A DNA stretch of 64,000 nt from a bacterium. Its GTDB lineage: Bacteria; Krumholzibacteriota; Krumholzibacteriia; LZORAL124-64-63. How positions within the stretch are numbered: position 1 is the first letter of the stretch; each line of letters starts with the position of its first letter. A program made the position numbers and the translations under genes. The notes below the pieces were generated by a model, which saw only the letters and a program-made list of their open reading frames with translations, was not told the origin of the DNA and did not search any database. The stretch is taken from assembly GCA_031441465.1 (NCBI GenBank), contig JANOEP010000027.1:1-64000 (forward strand), written 5' to 3'. This document shows, one piece after another, positions 17,362 through 26,250 of this stretch.

Positions 17362-18408
17362 TCAGTGCGGGACGGGTCCCGCCTCGTCGGTCGCGGATGG
17401 GGCGGCCGCGGCGGGAGTCTTCTCCCCCACGGCCAGGAACACGTCGGGCCAGACCGCGCCGCGGTCCTGCAGGCCGGGCGGCAGGGAGACCCGAGCCAGG
17501 TCGATCTGCGCCGGACGGCGCACGAGGTAACGGCGCGGGGCGAGTGCGTGGCGCGCGAAGAACGCCAGCATCTCCTCGCGGGAGAAACCGAGCCACTGGT
17601 GGGCCAGTTCCTCGCGCATCCACTGCAGATTGTGGCTCGTGAAGGCCACCACGACCACCTTGCCGCCGGGGCGCACCACGCGGGCCATCTCGCTCACGGC
17701 CTGCCCGGGGCTGGCAACGTGGTGCAGCACCATCGAGCAGTAGGCGGCGTCGAAGGCGCCGTCGGCGAACGGCAGAGCCTGGACGTCCGCGCTCCGGAAC
17801 CGGACGCCGGCGATCTGCTCGCGCTCGCAAAGCTGGCGTGCGCGCTCGAGCATCGCCTCGCTGGTGTCCACGGCGGTGACGGTCGCGCCCGTTCCCGCGA
17901 GCAGGGGCAGCAGGGCGCCCGTGCCGGTGCCGATGTCCAGGACCGCGAGCCCGGGCGGAACCAGGGCCGCCACGGCGCCGGCCTGGATGTCGGGGGCCTC
18001 GAAGGCGGGGCGGATCTGGTCCCAGGCGCCGGCGATCCCCGCGAAGAACTCACCCGTGCGGCGGTCGCGGTCGGCCAGCACGCGGCGCAGCGCCTCGTCG
18101 TCGCCGGCGGCCTCGGGCACTCGGCCCGCCGAGGCGAGGACGGCATCCAGCAGGCCCGCATCGGCGCCCAGGGCGGACCGGTCGGCCAATCCGTACCAGC
18201 CCCAGGTCCCGTCCTTGCGATGGCTCAGCCAGCCCGCGTCACGCAGGACGGCCAGGTGCTTCGAGACGCCGGGTTGGCTCAAGCCGAGGATCTGCACCAT
18301 GTCCTGGACGGTCAATTCTCCCCGCCCGAGCAACCGCAGCAGCCGCAGCCGCGTCGGATCGCCGACGGCCTGGTACATGGCTGCAGGGTGCTGGAATTGG
18401 GTGACCAC
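17362..18408 (-). CDS. sahR: ArsR-HTH plus SAM-methyltransferase fusion regulator (SahR-like)
   Basis: DPTRLRLL..SQPGVSKHL ArsR domain fused to LDIGTGTG..LPF..FD..MVLHH..VVRPGG, directly upstream of ahcY. Confidence 0.82.
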   Translation of the reverse strand: MVTQFQHPAAMYQAVGDPTRLRLLRLLGRGELTVQDMVQILGLSQPGVSKHLAVLRDAGWLSHRKDGTWGWYGLADRSALGADAGLLDAVLASAGRVPEAAGDDEALRRVLADRDRRTGEFFAGIAGAWDQIRPAFEAPDIQAGAVAALVPPGLAVLDIGTGTGALLPLLAGTGATVTAVDTSEAMLERARQLCEREQIAGVRFRSADVQALPFADGAFDAAYCSMVLHHVASPGQAVSEMARVVRPGGKVVVVAFTSHNLQWMREELAHQWLGFSREEMLAFFARHALAPRRYLVRRPAQIDLARVSLPPGLQDRGAVWPDVFLAVGEKTPAAAAPSATDEAGPVPH

Positions 18409-18429
18409 AGTCTCCGCCTGCCGAACAAT

Positions 18430-18449
18430 GAATCGCTAAATAACGATAC
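18430..18449. promoter_or_regulatory. SahR operator-like 20-bp palindrome
   Basis: Minus strand GTATC-N10-GATTC, similar to the ATATC-N10-GATAT SahR-type site, in an AT-rich patch 21 nt before the start. Confidence 0.55.
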
Positions 18450-18524
18450 AGAAATATAAATGAGTTCCAGCCGTTCAGCAACCAGAAATGCCGACATGAA
18501 ATACCTACGCGGGAGGCCCGGTCA

Positions 18525-19934
18525 TCAGTGACCGGACACCCCCAAGACATCGTGGAGCGCCTCCTGGAGGCCTTCGCTGAGTGTGGGGTGCGGGTGCACG
18601 ACCCGGCTCCAGACCGCCAATCCCCCCCCGAACCCCAGAGCGGTGGCGGCGGCGGCGATCAGGTCCGTGGCGTGGGGCCCAACCATGTGGACGCCGAGGA
18701 CCCTGTCGCCGGATCCTTCGGCAACCACCTTCACGAAGCCATGCAATTCATTGAGGATGGAGGCTTTGCCGAGAGCGGACATCGGGAAGCGCCCCACGCG
18801 GACCTCGTGGCCTCGGGCACGGGCCTCCTCTTCCGTCAGGCCGACGGAAGCGACCTCGGGAGAACAGTAGGTGCAGGAGGGGATGAGATCGAGATCGAGC
18901 GGCGTCACCGCCAGCCCCGCGGCGTGTCCGGCGGCGACCAGCGCCTGGGCGCTGGCGGTGTGGGCCAGTTGGGGCGCCAGCGTGATGTCGCCGATGGCGT
19001 AGACGCCCGGCGCCGCCGTCAGCTGGAAAGCGTCGGTCTGGACGAAGCCGCGCCGGTCCACGACGGCACCGGCTTCGGCCAAGCCGAGGCCCTCGGTGAC
19101 CGGCCGGCGGCCGACCGCCAGCAGCAGGTGCGAGGCCGTGCGCACCGCCGACTCGCCGGTCGCGAGGTTCTTGAGTTCGACCTCCACGAGGTCGCCGGCG
19201 CGTTCGACCCGCACGGCGCGGTGGCCGCAGAGCACGCCGATCTTGCGGCGGACCAGCGCCTGCTCGATCTCGCGCGAACAATCGGCGTCTTCCAGCGGCA
19301 GGACCCGCGGCAGCATCTCCACCAGCGTCACCACACCGCCGAAGGCCGCGACGACATCGGCGAACTCGACGCCGACCGCACCGGCGCCCAGCACGATCAG
19401 GGACGGCGGCACGGCCGGGATCTCGAGCAGGTGGTCGCTGGTCAGGATCCGCTCGCCGTCGGGCTGCACCCCGGGGACGGCGCTGGCCGCCGAACCGGTG
19501 GCGACGATGATCTTCGGCGCCAGCAGGACTGCCGGGGATTCGCCGACCCGCTCCACGACCACGCGGCCGGGGCCGTCGAGGCGGCCGCGGCCGCGCACGA
19601 CCTCGACGCCGGCGTCGTCCAGCAGCGCGGCGACACCGAGAGCGCCCTTGCGCACGACCGTCTCCTTGCGCTTCTGGACCTTCGTCCAGTCGAAGCCGGC
19701 GGCGGTAACATCCACGCCGAAGGTCTTCGCTCCCTTGCGGCACAATTCCCAGGTGCGCGCCGACTGCAGCAGCGCCTTGGTCGGGATGCAACCGCGCAGC
19801 AGGCAGGTGCCGCCGAGCCGCTCGTCCTTCTCGACCAGGACGGTGCGCAGCCCGAGTCGGGCGCCGCGCGCGGCGGCCACGTAGCCGCCCGGCCCGGCGC
19901 CGATCACGACAAGGTCGCAGGATCGTTCGCTCAT
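18525..19934 (-). CDS. lpdA: Dihydrolipoyl dehydrogenase
   Basis: GAGPGGY, redox disulfide GGTCLLRGCIPTK, GAGAVG and HPHPTLSE. Confidence 0.93.
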   Translation of the reverse strand: MSERSCDLVVIGAGPGGYVAAARGARLGLRTVLVEKDERLGGTCLLRGCIPTKALLQSARTWELCRKGAKTFGVDVTAAGFDWTKVQKRKETVVRKGALGVAALLDDAGVEVVRGRGRLDGPGRVVVERVGESPAVLLAPKIIVATGSAASAVPGVQPDGERILTSDHLLEIPAVPPSLIVLGAGAVGVEFADVVAAFGGVVTLVEMLPRVLPLEDADCSREIEQALVRRKIGVLCGHRAVRVERAGDLVEVELKNLATGESAVRTASHLLLAVGRRPVTEGLGLAEAGAVVDRRGFVQTDAFQLTAAPGVYAIGDITLAPQLAHTASAQALVAAGHAAGLAVTPLDLDLIPSCTYCSPEVASVGLTEEEARARGHEVRVGRFPMSALGKASILNELHGFVKVVAEGSGDRVLGVHMVGPHATDLIAAAATALGFGGGLAVWSRVVHPHPTLSEGLQEALHDVLGVSGH

Positions 19935-20131
19935 GGTCTTCTCCCGGGGATGTCGTCCGCGGCGGAGCCGGCGGGGCCGCGCCGCGTCCATCATAGGAGC
20001 CGGCCGGCGGGAACGCCAGCCGCGACGCGGGCCGGCGCCGCCCCCTCTCCGGCGTTGACGAAACGGGTCGCGCAGGTTCTGATGGGCCAGGCTCGCCACG
20101 GCGGCGGACCGCTCACGACAGGAGAAACGCC

Positions 20132-21475
20132 ATGTCCGACACCACCGCCTCGGCGGCCCCGGGACGCTTCCACCCGGCCGGACGTCCGTACCGGCTGATC
20201 GTGCTGGGCTTCGCCAGCCTGCTGACCTTCGGCAGCTACTTCGCCTACGACATCATCGGGGCCCTGGCGCCCTCGCTGGTGAAGGATCTGGGCGCCTCGC
20301 GCAGCATCATCGGCGGCTTCTACACCGCGTACAGCGTGGCGGCGATCCTGGCGGTGTTCGCCAGCGGATTCCTCATCGACCGTCTGGGCACGCGCCGCTC
20401 GAGCATGATCTTCTCGGTCCTGGTGCTGTGCGGCGCGCTCGTGGTGGCCTCGGCCAAGACGATCCCGATGGTCTTCGTCGGACGCTTCATTTTCGGGGCC
20501 GGCGCCGAACCGCTGGTCGTCGCCCAGAGCGCCATCCTCGCCCGCTGGTTCCGCAACAAGGAGATCGCCCTGGCCTTCGGCATCTCCCTGACGGTCTCGC
20601 GCCTGGGCACGCTGTTCGCGTTCAACACCGGCGAATTGATCGCCCAGACCTTCGGCGGTTACCGGGCCGGCCTGGTCGCGGCCGCGATCTTCTGCTGCGT
20701 CTCGCTGCTGGGCAACATCGTCTACGTGATCCTGGACCGCCGCGGCGAGCGCCACCTGCCCCACCTCCAGGAAACCGGCGCCGAGGACAAGATCACCCTC
20801 TCGCACATCCTGAAGCTCAGCCCCAGCTTCTGGTACGTGACGCTGCTCTGCCTGACCTTCTACTCCGCGGTGTTCCCCTTCACGGCCCTGAGCACCGACT
20901 TCTTCGTCGACAAGTGGGGCGTGCAGCGCGTGGCCGAGGCGAGCGGGGGTTTCCTCGCCAACGTCTTCACCAGCTTCCTGCACATGTTCGAGACCGCCGG
21001 CGGGCTCTCCTCGATCATCATCTTCGCCTCGATGATCTGCGCACCGTTCGCCGGCCTGCTGGTCGACCGGGTGGGGCGGCGGGCGACGATGATGCTGGTG
21101 GGCTCGATCCTGATGATCCCGGCCTACCTGCTGCTCGGATTGACCGACATCTACCCGGTGCTGCCGATGCTCGTGCTGGGCGCCGCCTTCGTGCTGGTCC
21201 CGGCGGCGATGTGGCCGGCGATCCCGATGGTGGTCAAGGCCGAGCACACGGGCACCGCCTTCGGCCTCTGCACCGCGATCCAGAACATCGGTTTGGCCAT
21301 CTTCCCCTTACTGAACGGGTGGCTGCGCGACGCCACCCAGGGCTACAGCGCCAGCATGCTGATGTTCGCCGGGCTCGGCGTCGTGGGGTTCGTCTTCGCG
21401 CTGCTGCTGAAACGCGCCGACCGCGCCGGCGGCAGCGTGCTGGAGCACAAGCCGCGCCGCGAGGCCGGGGTTTGA
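20132..21475 (+). CDS. MFS transporter, MFSD1-like
   Basis: About 12 TM helices with FGSYFAYD, GFLIDRLG, GRFIFGAGAE, WFRNKE, YSAVFPF and GTAFG..IQNIGL. Confidence 0.85.
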   Translation: MSDTTASAAPGRFHPAGRPYRLIVLGFASLLTFGSYFAYDIIGALAPSLVKDLGASRSIIGGFYTAYSVAAILAVFASGFLIDRLGTRRSSMIFSVLVLCGALVVASAKTIPMVFVGRFIFGAGAEPLVVAQSAILARWFRNKEIALAFGISLTVSRLGTLFAFNTGELIAQTFGGYRAGLVAAAIFCCVSLLGNIVYVILDRRGERHLPHLQETGAEDKITLSHILKLSPSFWYVTLLCLTFYSAVFPFTALSTDFFVDKWGVQRVAEASGGFLANVFTSFLHMFETAGGLSSIIIFASMICAPFAGLLVDRVGRRATMMLVGSILMIPAYLLLGLTDIYPVLPMLVLGAAFVLVPAAMWPAIPMVVKAEHTGTAFGLCTAIQNIGLAIFPLLNGWLRDATQGYSASMLMFAGLGVVGFVFALLLKRADRAGGSVLEHKPRREAGV

Positions 21476-21500
21476 CGCCCATGCGGACGCCGCCTATCAT
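21472..21500 (+). promoter_or_regulatory. Sigma70 promoter of etfBA
   Basis: TTGACG-N17-TATCAT; the -35 box overlaps the MFS stop codon. Confidence 0.65.
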
Positions 21501-21569
21501 ACCGACGCCCGCCGCGCGGGCCCGGCGCCGCATTCGGCGGCCGCCGATGCACGAGAGCCTGGAGGCCCC

Positions 21570-22352
21570 ATGAAGATCGCCGTTTGCGTGAAGCAGGTCC
21601 CCGATTCGGAGACGCGGATCGCCCTGGCCGCCCCGGGCCCGGTGCTCGATCGGTCCGGCTTCACCCGCGTGTTGAACCCCTACGACGCCTACGCCGTCGA
21701 GGAGGCGGTCCGCATCAAGGAGCGCCTGGGCGCCGATTGCGAGATCACCGCCGTGACGATCGGCCCCGACCGCGCCGTCGAGACGCTGAAGAAGGACTGC
21801 CTCGCGGTGGGCTGCGACCGTGCGATCCGGGTGAACGAGCCCGCGCTGGAAAACGCCGAACCGCTGCAGACGGCGAAGGTGCTCGCGGCGGTGCTGCGGC
21901 GGGGCGGCTACGACCTGATCCTGACCGGCAAGCAGGCCATCGACGACGACAGCGCCCAGGTGGGCCCGATGCTCGCCGAGCTGCTGGATTGCGCACAGGC
22001 GACGGTGGTGACGAAGCTGGAACTGGACGAGGGAACCTTCACCGCCACCTGCGAGATCGAGGGCGGCGCCGCCATCGTCCAGGGCACCTTGCCCGCGGTC
22101 GTCACCTGCCAGAAGGGCCTGAACGAGCCGCGCCTGCCCAGTCTGCCAAACATCATGAAGGCCGGACTGAAGCCGCAGGAAACCCTGACCTGCGCCGATC
22201 TGGGTCTCGAGATCCCCGCAGCCCGCTCCCGGGTCACGACGTACACCCCGCCCCCGCCGCGCGCCGCGTGCCGGATGGTCGCCGCCGACGATCCCGCCGC
22301 CGCCGCCCGGGAACTGGCGCGCCTGCTGCGCGACGAAGCCAAGGTCATCTGA
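21570..22352 (+). CDS. etfB: Electron transfer flavoprotein beta subunit
   Basis: CVKQVPD, NPYDAYAVEEA, GKQAIDDD and NEPRLPSL. Confidence 0.95.
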   Translation: MKIAVCVKQVPDSETRIALAAPGPVLDRSGFTRVLNPYDAYAVEEAVRIKERLGADCEITAVTIGPDRAVETLKKDCLAVGCDRAIRVNEPALENAEPLQTAKVLAAVLRRGGYDLILTGKQAIDDDSAQVGPMLAELLDCAQATVVTKLELDEGTFTATCEIEGGAAIVQGTLPAVVTCQKGLNEPRLPSLPNIMKAGLKPQETLTCADLGLEIPAARSRVTTYTPPPPRAACRMVAADDPAAAARELARLLRDEAKVI

Positions 22353-22365
22353 CGGGAGACTGGAC

Positions 22366-23343
22366 ATGCCGAACATCGCCGTTTTCATCGAGCAGAGCGG
22401 GGGAACCGCCAAGAAGGTCGCCTGGCAGATGACGGCCGAGGCGCGCCGCCTCGTCGACCGGACGGGCGGCGAGGTCTGGGCCGTCATCCTGGGAGACGCC
22501 GCCGCGGCCGTCGACGCCGGTCGCCACGGCGCCCACCGCGTCTTCGTCGCCGAAGGCGACGCCTTCGCCCGTTACAACTCCGAGACGTGGACCAGGGCCC
22601 TGGCCTCCTTCGTCGCGTCCCGCCACCCCGACCTCCTGCTGGTGGGCGCGACCGCGATGGGCAAGGACTTCGCACCCCGACTGGCGGCGCGGCTGGACGC
22701 GGCCTGTGTGAGCGACTGCGTCGGTCTGGCGTTCGACGGGGGCTTCTCGCTGCGCCGACCGATCTTTGCCGGCAAGTGCTACACCGAGACGGCGATCGAC
22801 GCGCCGGTGGCGGTGGTCGGCGTGCGGCCGAACGCCTTCCCCCTGCTCGTGGACGGCGACGCCGGCCAGGGACGGGACGCGACCACCGAGAGCTTCGACC
22901 CCGGCCTGGACGGCTTCGTGCCGCACGCCGCAATCGTCGAGACGCGGACTTCGGCGGAGAAGAAGATCGAGCTGACCGAGGCGGAGGTCATCGTCTCGGG
23001 CGGCCGCGGGCTCAAGGAAGCCGCCAACTACCGGCTGATCGAGGAGCTGGCGGCGGCCATGGGCGCCGCGGCGGGCGCCAGCCGCGCCATCGTCGACGCG
23101 GGCTGGGTGCCCCACTCCCACCAGGTCGGCCAGACCGGCAAAACCGTCAGCCCCAAGCTCTACGTGGCGGTGGGAATCAGCGGCGCGATCCAGCACCTCG
23201 CGGGCATGAGTTCCTCGAAGTGCATCGTGGCGATCAACAAGGACCCCAACGCCCCGATCTTCAAGGCCGCCGATTACGGCATCGCGGCCGATCTGTTCGA
23301 GGTCGTGCCGGCGCTGCGGGCCGCGATCCAGGCCCTGGACTGA
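22366..23343 (+). CDS. etfA: Electron transfer flavoprotein alpha subunit
   Basis: [33 protein letters not shown] and AINKD. Confidence 0.95.
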   Translation: MPNIAVFIEQSGGTAKKVAWQMTAEARRLVDRTGGEVWAVILGDAAAAVDAGRHGAHRVFVAEGDAFARYNSETWTRALASFVASRHPDLLLVGATAMGKDFAPRLAARLDAACVSDCVGLAFDGGFSLRRPIFAGKCYTETAIDAPVAVVGVRPNAFPLLVDGDAGQGRDATTESFDPGLDGFVPHAAIVETRTSAEKKIELTEAEVIVSGGRGLKEAANYRLIEELAAAMGAAAGASRAIVDAGWVPHSHQVGQTGKTVSPKLYVAVGISGAIQHLAGMSSSKCIVAINKDPNAPIFKAADYGIAADLFEVVPALRAAIQALD

Positions 23344-23383
23344 CGAGGGCCCGACACCGCCGCGATCGTGCACCACCATGCAG

Positions 23384-23420
23384 AGGGGCTCCGCCGCGGC
23401 GGAGCCCCTGTTTCGTTTCC
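23384..23420 (+). terminator. Intrinsic terminator after etfA (convergent genes)
   Basis: AGGGGCTCCGCC-GC-GGCGGAGCCCCT followed by GTTTCGTTT. Confidence 0.75.
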
Positions 23421-23439
23421 CGTCTGTCGTCCGGAGCGA

Positions 23440-24936
23440 TCAGCCCGCGATCGCGTTGCGCACGGGCCGCAGACCGACGTTGATCACGCCGGCGGCGGGG
23501 TACATGGCGGTGCGGCGGGCGCTGCGGCAGCCGTGGGCCGGGCTCGAGTAGGTGCCGCCGCGGGTGACCCGCAGCATGCCGTCGCCGACGACCAGGGGAT
23601 CGGTCGCCGGTCCCGGGGCGTACGGAGCGGAGACGTCCTGGCACCATTCGGCCAGATTGCCGTGCATGTCGTAGAGGCCCCAGGCGCTGGGCAGCTTCTG
23701 CTCCACGCGCATGACCACGGGCATGCAACTCCAGCCGATCAGGTCGAGGTTCGGGTCGACGCACTCCGGATTCAGCAACGGCCCGTTGGCGAAGGCCGTG
23801 GTCGAGCCCGCCCGGCAGAGGTATTCCCACTCGGCTTCGGTGGGCAGCCGGTAGCCCTGCGTGTCGACCTGATTCCCGGCGGCGAGCGTCCAGGTGGCGT
23901 GATCGTAGGCGCGCGGGAGCCCCTGACGCAGGTTGCGCCAGTCGCAATAGGCGGCCGCGCCGTACCAGTTGACGCCGCCGATGGGGTAGGTCGCGAAGTC
24001 GGCGTTCAGGATCCGGAACGAGTCCGCCAGGGCGGAGAACGACAGCGTCGTGGCGTTGAGGTTCAGCAACTCGGTCTCGGAACCGTCGAGGTTGTCGTAC
24101 ACGTGGTAACCCAGGACTTCGTCGATGGTCAGCGTGTCGACGCGGCAATGCCCCTGATGGTAGGCCCAGTTCAACTGCGTGCGGAACGCCTCGCGCGTGA
24201 TCTCGCTTCTGGCGGCGAAGAGGCCGCGGGACAGGGTGACCTGGCGTTGGCTTTCTTCCGCGCGACGGCCCCATTCGCCCTCGGGGCTGCCCATGGTGAA
24301 CGCGCCGTCGGGCACGAACCGGTACCCGGTCGGCGCCGGCAGGTCCTGGCGGTAGACGCCCGCGAAGGTCGTGACGCCTCCGAAAACTTCCAGCGTCTGA
24401 GGGGTGAGGACGGGCAGCCACCAGCCGCTGCGCGTCTCCCACGCCAGCGTGTACACGCCGGAGTCGAGAGCGTCGAGGGTCAGGTCCCCCGCACCGGTCA
24501 GCCGGTAACCGTCGGGCCCGTTCAGAACCCAGGCCGAACCGGCATCGTCGGGGGTGGCGTCGATCATGATCGTGCTCGGCAGGTTCTCCCGGTAGAGACC
24601 GGCGAATTCCAAGCTGCCGCCGGCTTCGAGCTTGAGGGTCACCGTCGTCGGGGACGGGCGGACCCAGCCCGCGACGGCGCCCCAGGTCAGCGTGTAGTTG
24701 CCCAGGGATTGCGACGTGAACGTGCGCGCCCCGGTCCCGCTCTCGTTGAAACCGCCGGGGCCGCGCAGCGTCCAGGAGATGCCGAGGGTCGTCGGGCCCG
24801 GGGTGACGACCACGGTGCCGGACGTGGGGGGAGCGGTGGACGAGCCGCCGTCGTCTTCGCCGCAGCCCGCGCCGAAGGCCAGGGTGGCGGCGAGCGCGGC
24901 GCAGGCGAGGATCGGGTGTCGCTGCTGGAACATCAT
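23440..24936 (-). CDS. Lipoprotein with two tandem PEGA-like domains and a C-terminal FGE-sulfatase (SUMF1-like) domain
   Basis: Lipobox GAG|C, two similar ~78-aa units, then FTMGSP, YRLPTEAEWEY, WGLYDMHGNLAEW, RVTRGG and GLR. Confidence 0.85.
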   Translation of the reverse strand: MMFQQRHPILACAALAATLAFGAGCGEDDGGSSTAPPTSGTVVVTPGPTTLGISWTLRGPGGFNESGTGARTFTSQSLGNYTLTWGAVAGWVRPSPTTVTLKLEAGGSLEFAGLYRENLPSTIMIDATPDDAGSAWVLNGPDGYRLTGAGDLTLDALDSGVYTLAWETRSGWWLPVLTPQTLEVFGGVTTFAGVYRQDLPAPTGYRFVPDGAFTMGSPEGEWGRRAEESQRQVTLSRGLFAARSEITREAFRTQLNWAYHQGHCRVDTLTIDEVLGYHVYDNLDGSETELLNLNATTLSFSALADSFRILNADFATYPIGGVNWYGAAAYCDWRNLRQGLPRAYDHATWTLAAGNQVDTQGYRLPTEAEWEYLCRAGSTTAFANGPLLNPECVDPNLDLIGWSCMPVVMRVEQKLPSAWGLYDMHGNLAEWCQDVSAPYAPGPATDPLVVGDGMLRVTRGGTYSSPAHGCRSARRTAMYPAAGVINVGLRPVRNAIAG

Positions 24937-25005
24937 CGACCTCGGAGGGGTGGAGTGAGCGGAAGCGGCGGCGAACACCCATGCCGGACGGCGCGCGCCC
25001 CGTCT

Positions 25006-25035
25006 AATGTAGGGTCCGGCCTTCGCCAGCGTCAA
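25006..25035 (-). promoter_or_regulatory. Putative sigma70 promoter of the FGE-domain gene
   Basis: TTGACG-N18-TACATT. Confidence 0.5.
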
Positions 25036-25058
25036 GCGGGGAAGCGCCCCCTGCGGCC

Positions 25059-26105
25059 TCAGGCGCCCAATTGCCTCTGGGCGGCGGCCACCGCCGTCTG
25101 GGCCTCGTCGACCAGCTGCTGGAGGATCTCGCGCAGGGGCTGCGTGCGGGTCACCAGGCCGACCGACTGGCCGGCCATGAGCGAACCGCGAACGACGTCG
25201 CCGTCCACCGCGCCCTCGCGCAGGGAACCGACCCAGTACTTCTCCACCTCGAATTGGGCGTCCTGGCGGGTCATTTCCCCCGCTTCCACCTGGCGCAGCA
25301 GGTCGAGCTGCAGCTCGCCGAATCGCTGCATCGCCGAATTGTTCAGGGCGCGCACCGCGACCACCGGCAGCTTCGACGAGTACTGGGGCGTGGCGATCGC
25401 CTCGCGGGAGCGGGCCTTGATGAAGGCCTGCTTGAACGCCGGGTGTGCGAGGCACTCGTCGGCGACGACGAAGCGGGTGCCGAGCTGGGCGCCGGCCGCG
25501 CCCATCAGGCAGAGGTGCCCGATCATGCGGCCGTCCGCGATGCCGCCGGCGACGAAGATCGGCAACCGATCCGCGAACGGGAACAGGACCTCCTGCAACA
25601 GCACCGAGGTCGAAACGTGACCGATGTGGCCGCCCGCCTCGCTGCCCTCCAGGATGAGCGCGTCGGCCCCGTAGTCGATCATGCGTTCGGCGATGGAGCC
25701 CGCCGAGGCGAAGCAGATCACCTTCGCGCCGCTCGCGCGGGCCTGTTCGACCTCGCTCTGGCGCGGGATCGAACCGGCGAAGAAGATGTGGCTGAGATTC
25801 TTCTCGCAGCAGATGTCCAGGTGGGCCCGGTAGTTCGGCGCGATGACGATGATGTTGGCGCCGAAGGGCCGGTCGGTCAGGGCGCGGGTGCCGTCGATCG
25901 AGGCCGCGAAGAGTTCGGGAGGCATGTTGCCGCCGGCGAGCGAGGCGAAACCGCCCAGGTTGCTGAACGTCGCGACGAGGTGCGGGTCGGAGATCCAGGT
26001 CATGGCGCCGCACATGATCGGCACGTGGGAGCCGAAAAAGTCGGCGCCGCGTCGCCAAAGACGGTCCAGTAGGGGAGTCGTGCGCACGGGATCGTAGCCG
26101 GCCAT
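25059..26105 (-). CDS. FabK/nitronate monooxygenase-family FMN oxidoreductase
   Basis: PIMCGAM, PFGANI, EGSEAGGHIG, AGGIADGR, QLGTRF and GSLMAGQSVG. Confidence 0.88.
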   Translation of the reverse strand: MAGYDPVRTTPLLDRLWRRGADFFGSHVPIMCGAMTWISDPHLVATFSNLGGFASLAGGNMPPELFAASIDGTRALTDRPFGANIIVIAPNYRAHLDICCEKNLSHIFFAGSIPRQSEVEQARASGAKVICFASAGSIAERMIDYGADALILEGSEAGGHIGHVSTSVLLQEVLFPFADRLPIFVAGGIADGRMIGHLCLMGAAGAQLGTRFVVADECLAHPAFKQAFIKARSREAIATPQYSSKLPVVAVRALNNSAMQRFGELQLDLLRQVEAGEMTRQDAQFEVEKYWVGSLREGAVDGDVVRGSLMAGQSVGLVTRTQPLREILQQLVDEAQTAVAAAQRQLGA

Positions 26106-26250
26106 CGTCGCCTCCATCGCTCGGGAATCCGCGTCGGCGTCCCGGCGGTCCGGGGCAGCCGACGTCAACGATATCTTACCGCACATGTCTGGTTTGGCAA
26201 GTTCCGACGTCGGCGAGCGCGGTCCGACGAGGGCGGCGGGCCCGTCCGGC

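Noticed and set aside
23440..26058. 872-aa ORF suggesting a fusion across the FabK-like and FGE genes
   Set aside because: The N-terminal part is an off-frame read of the FabK-like gene. The real gene starts near 24936 with a lipoprotein signal and its own promoter.
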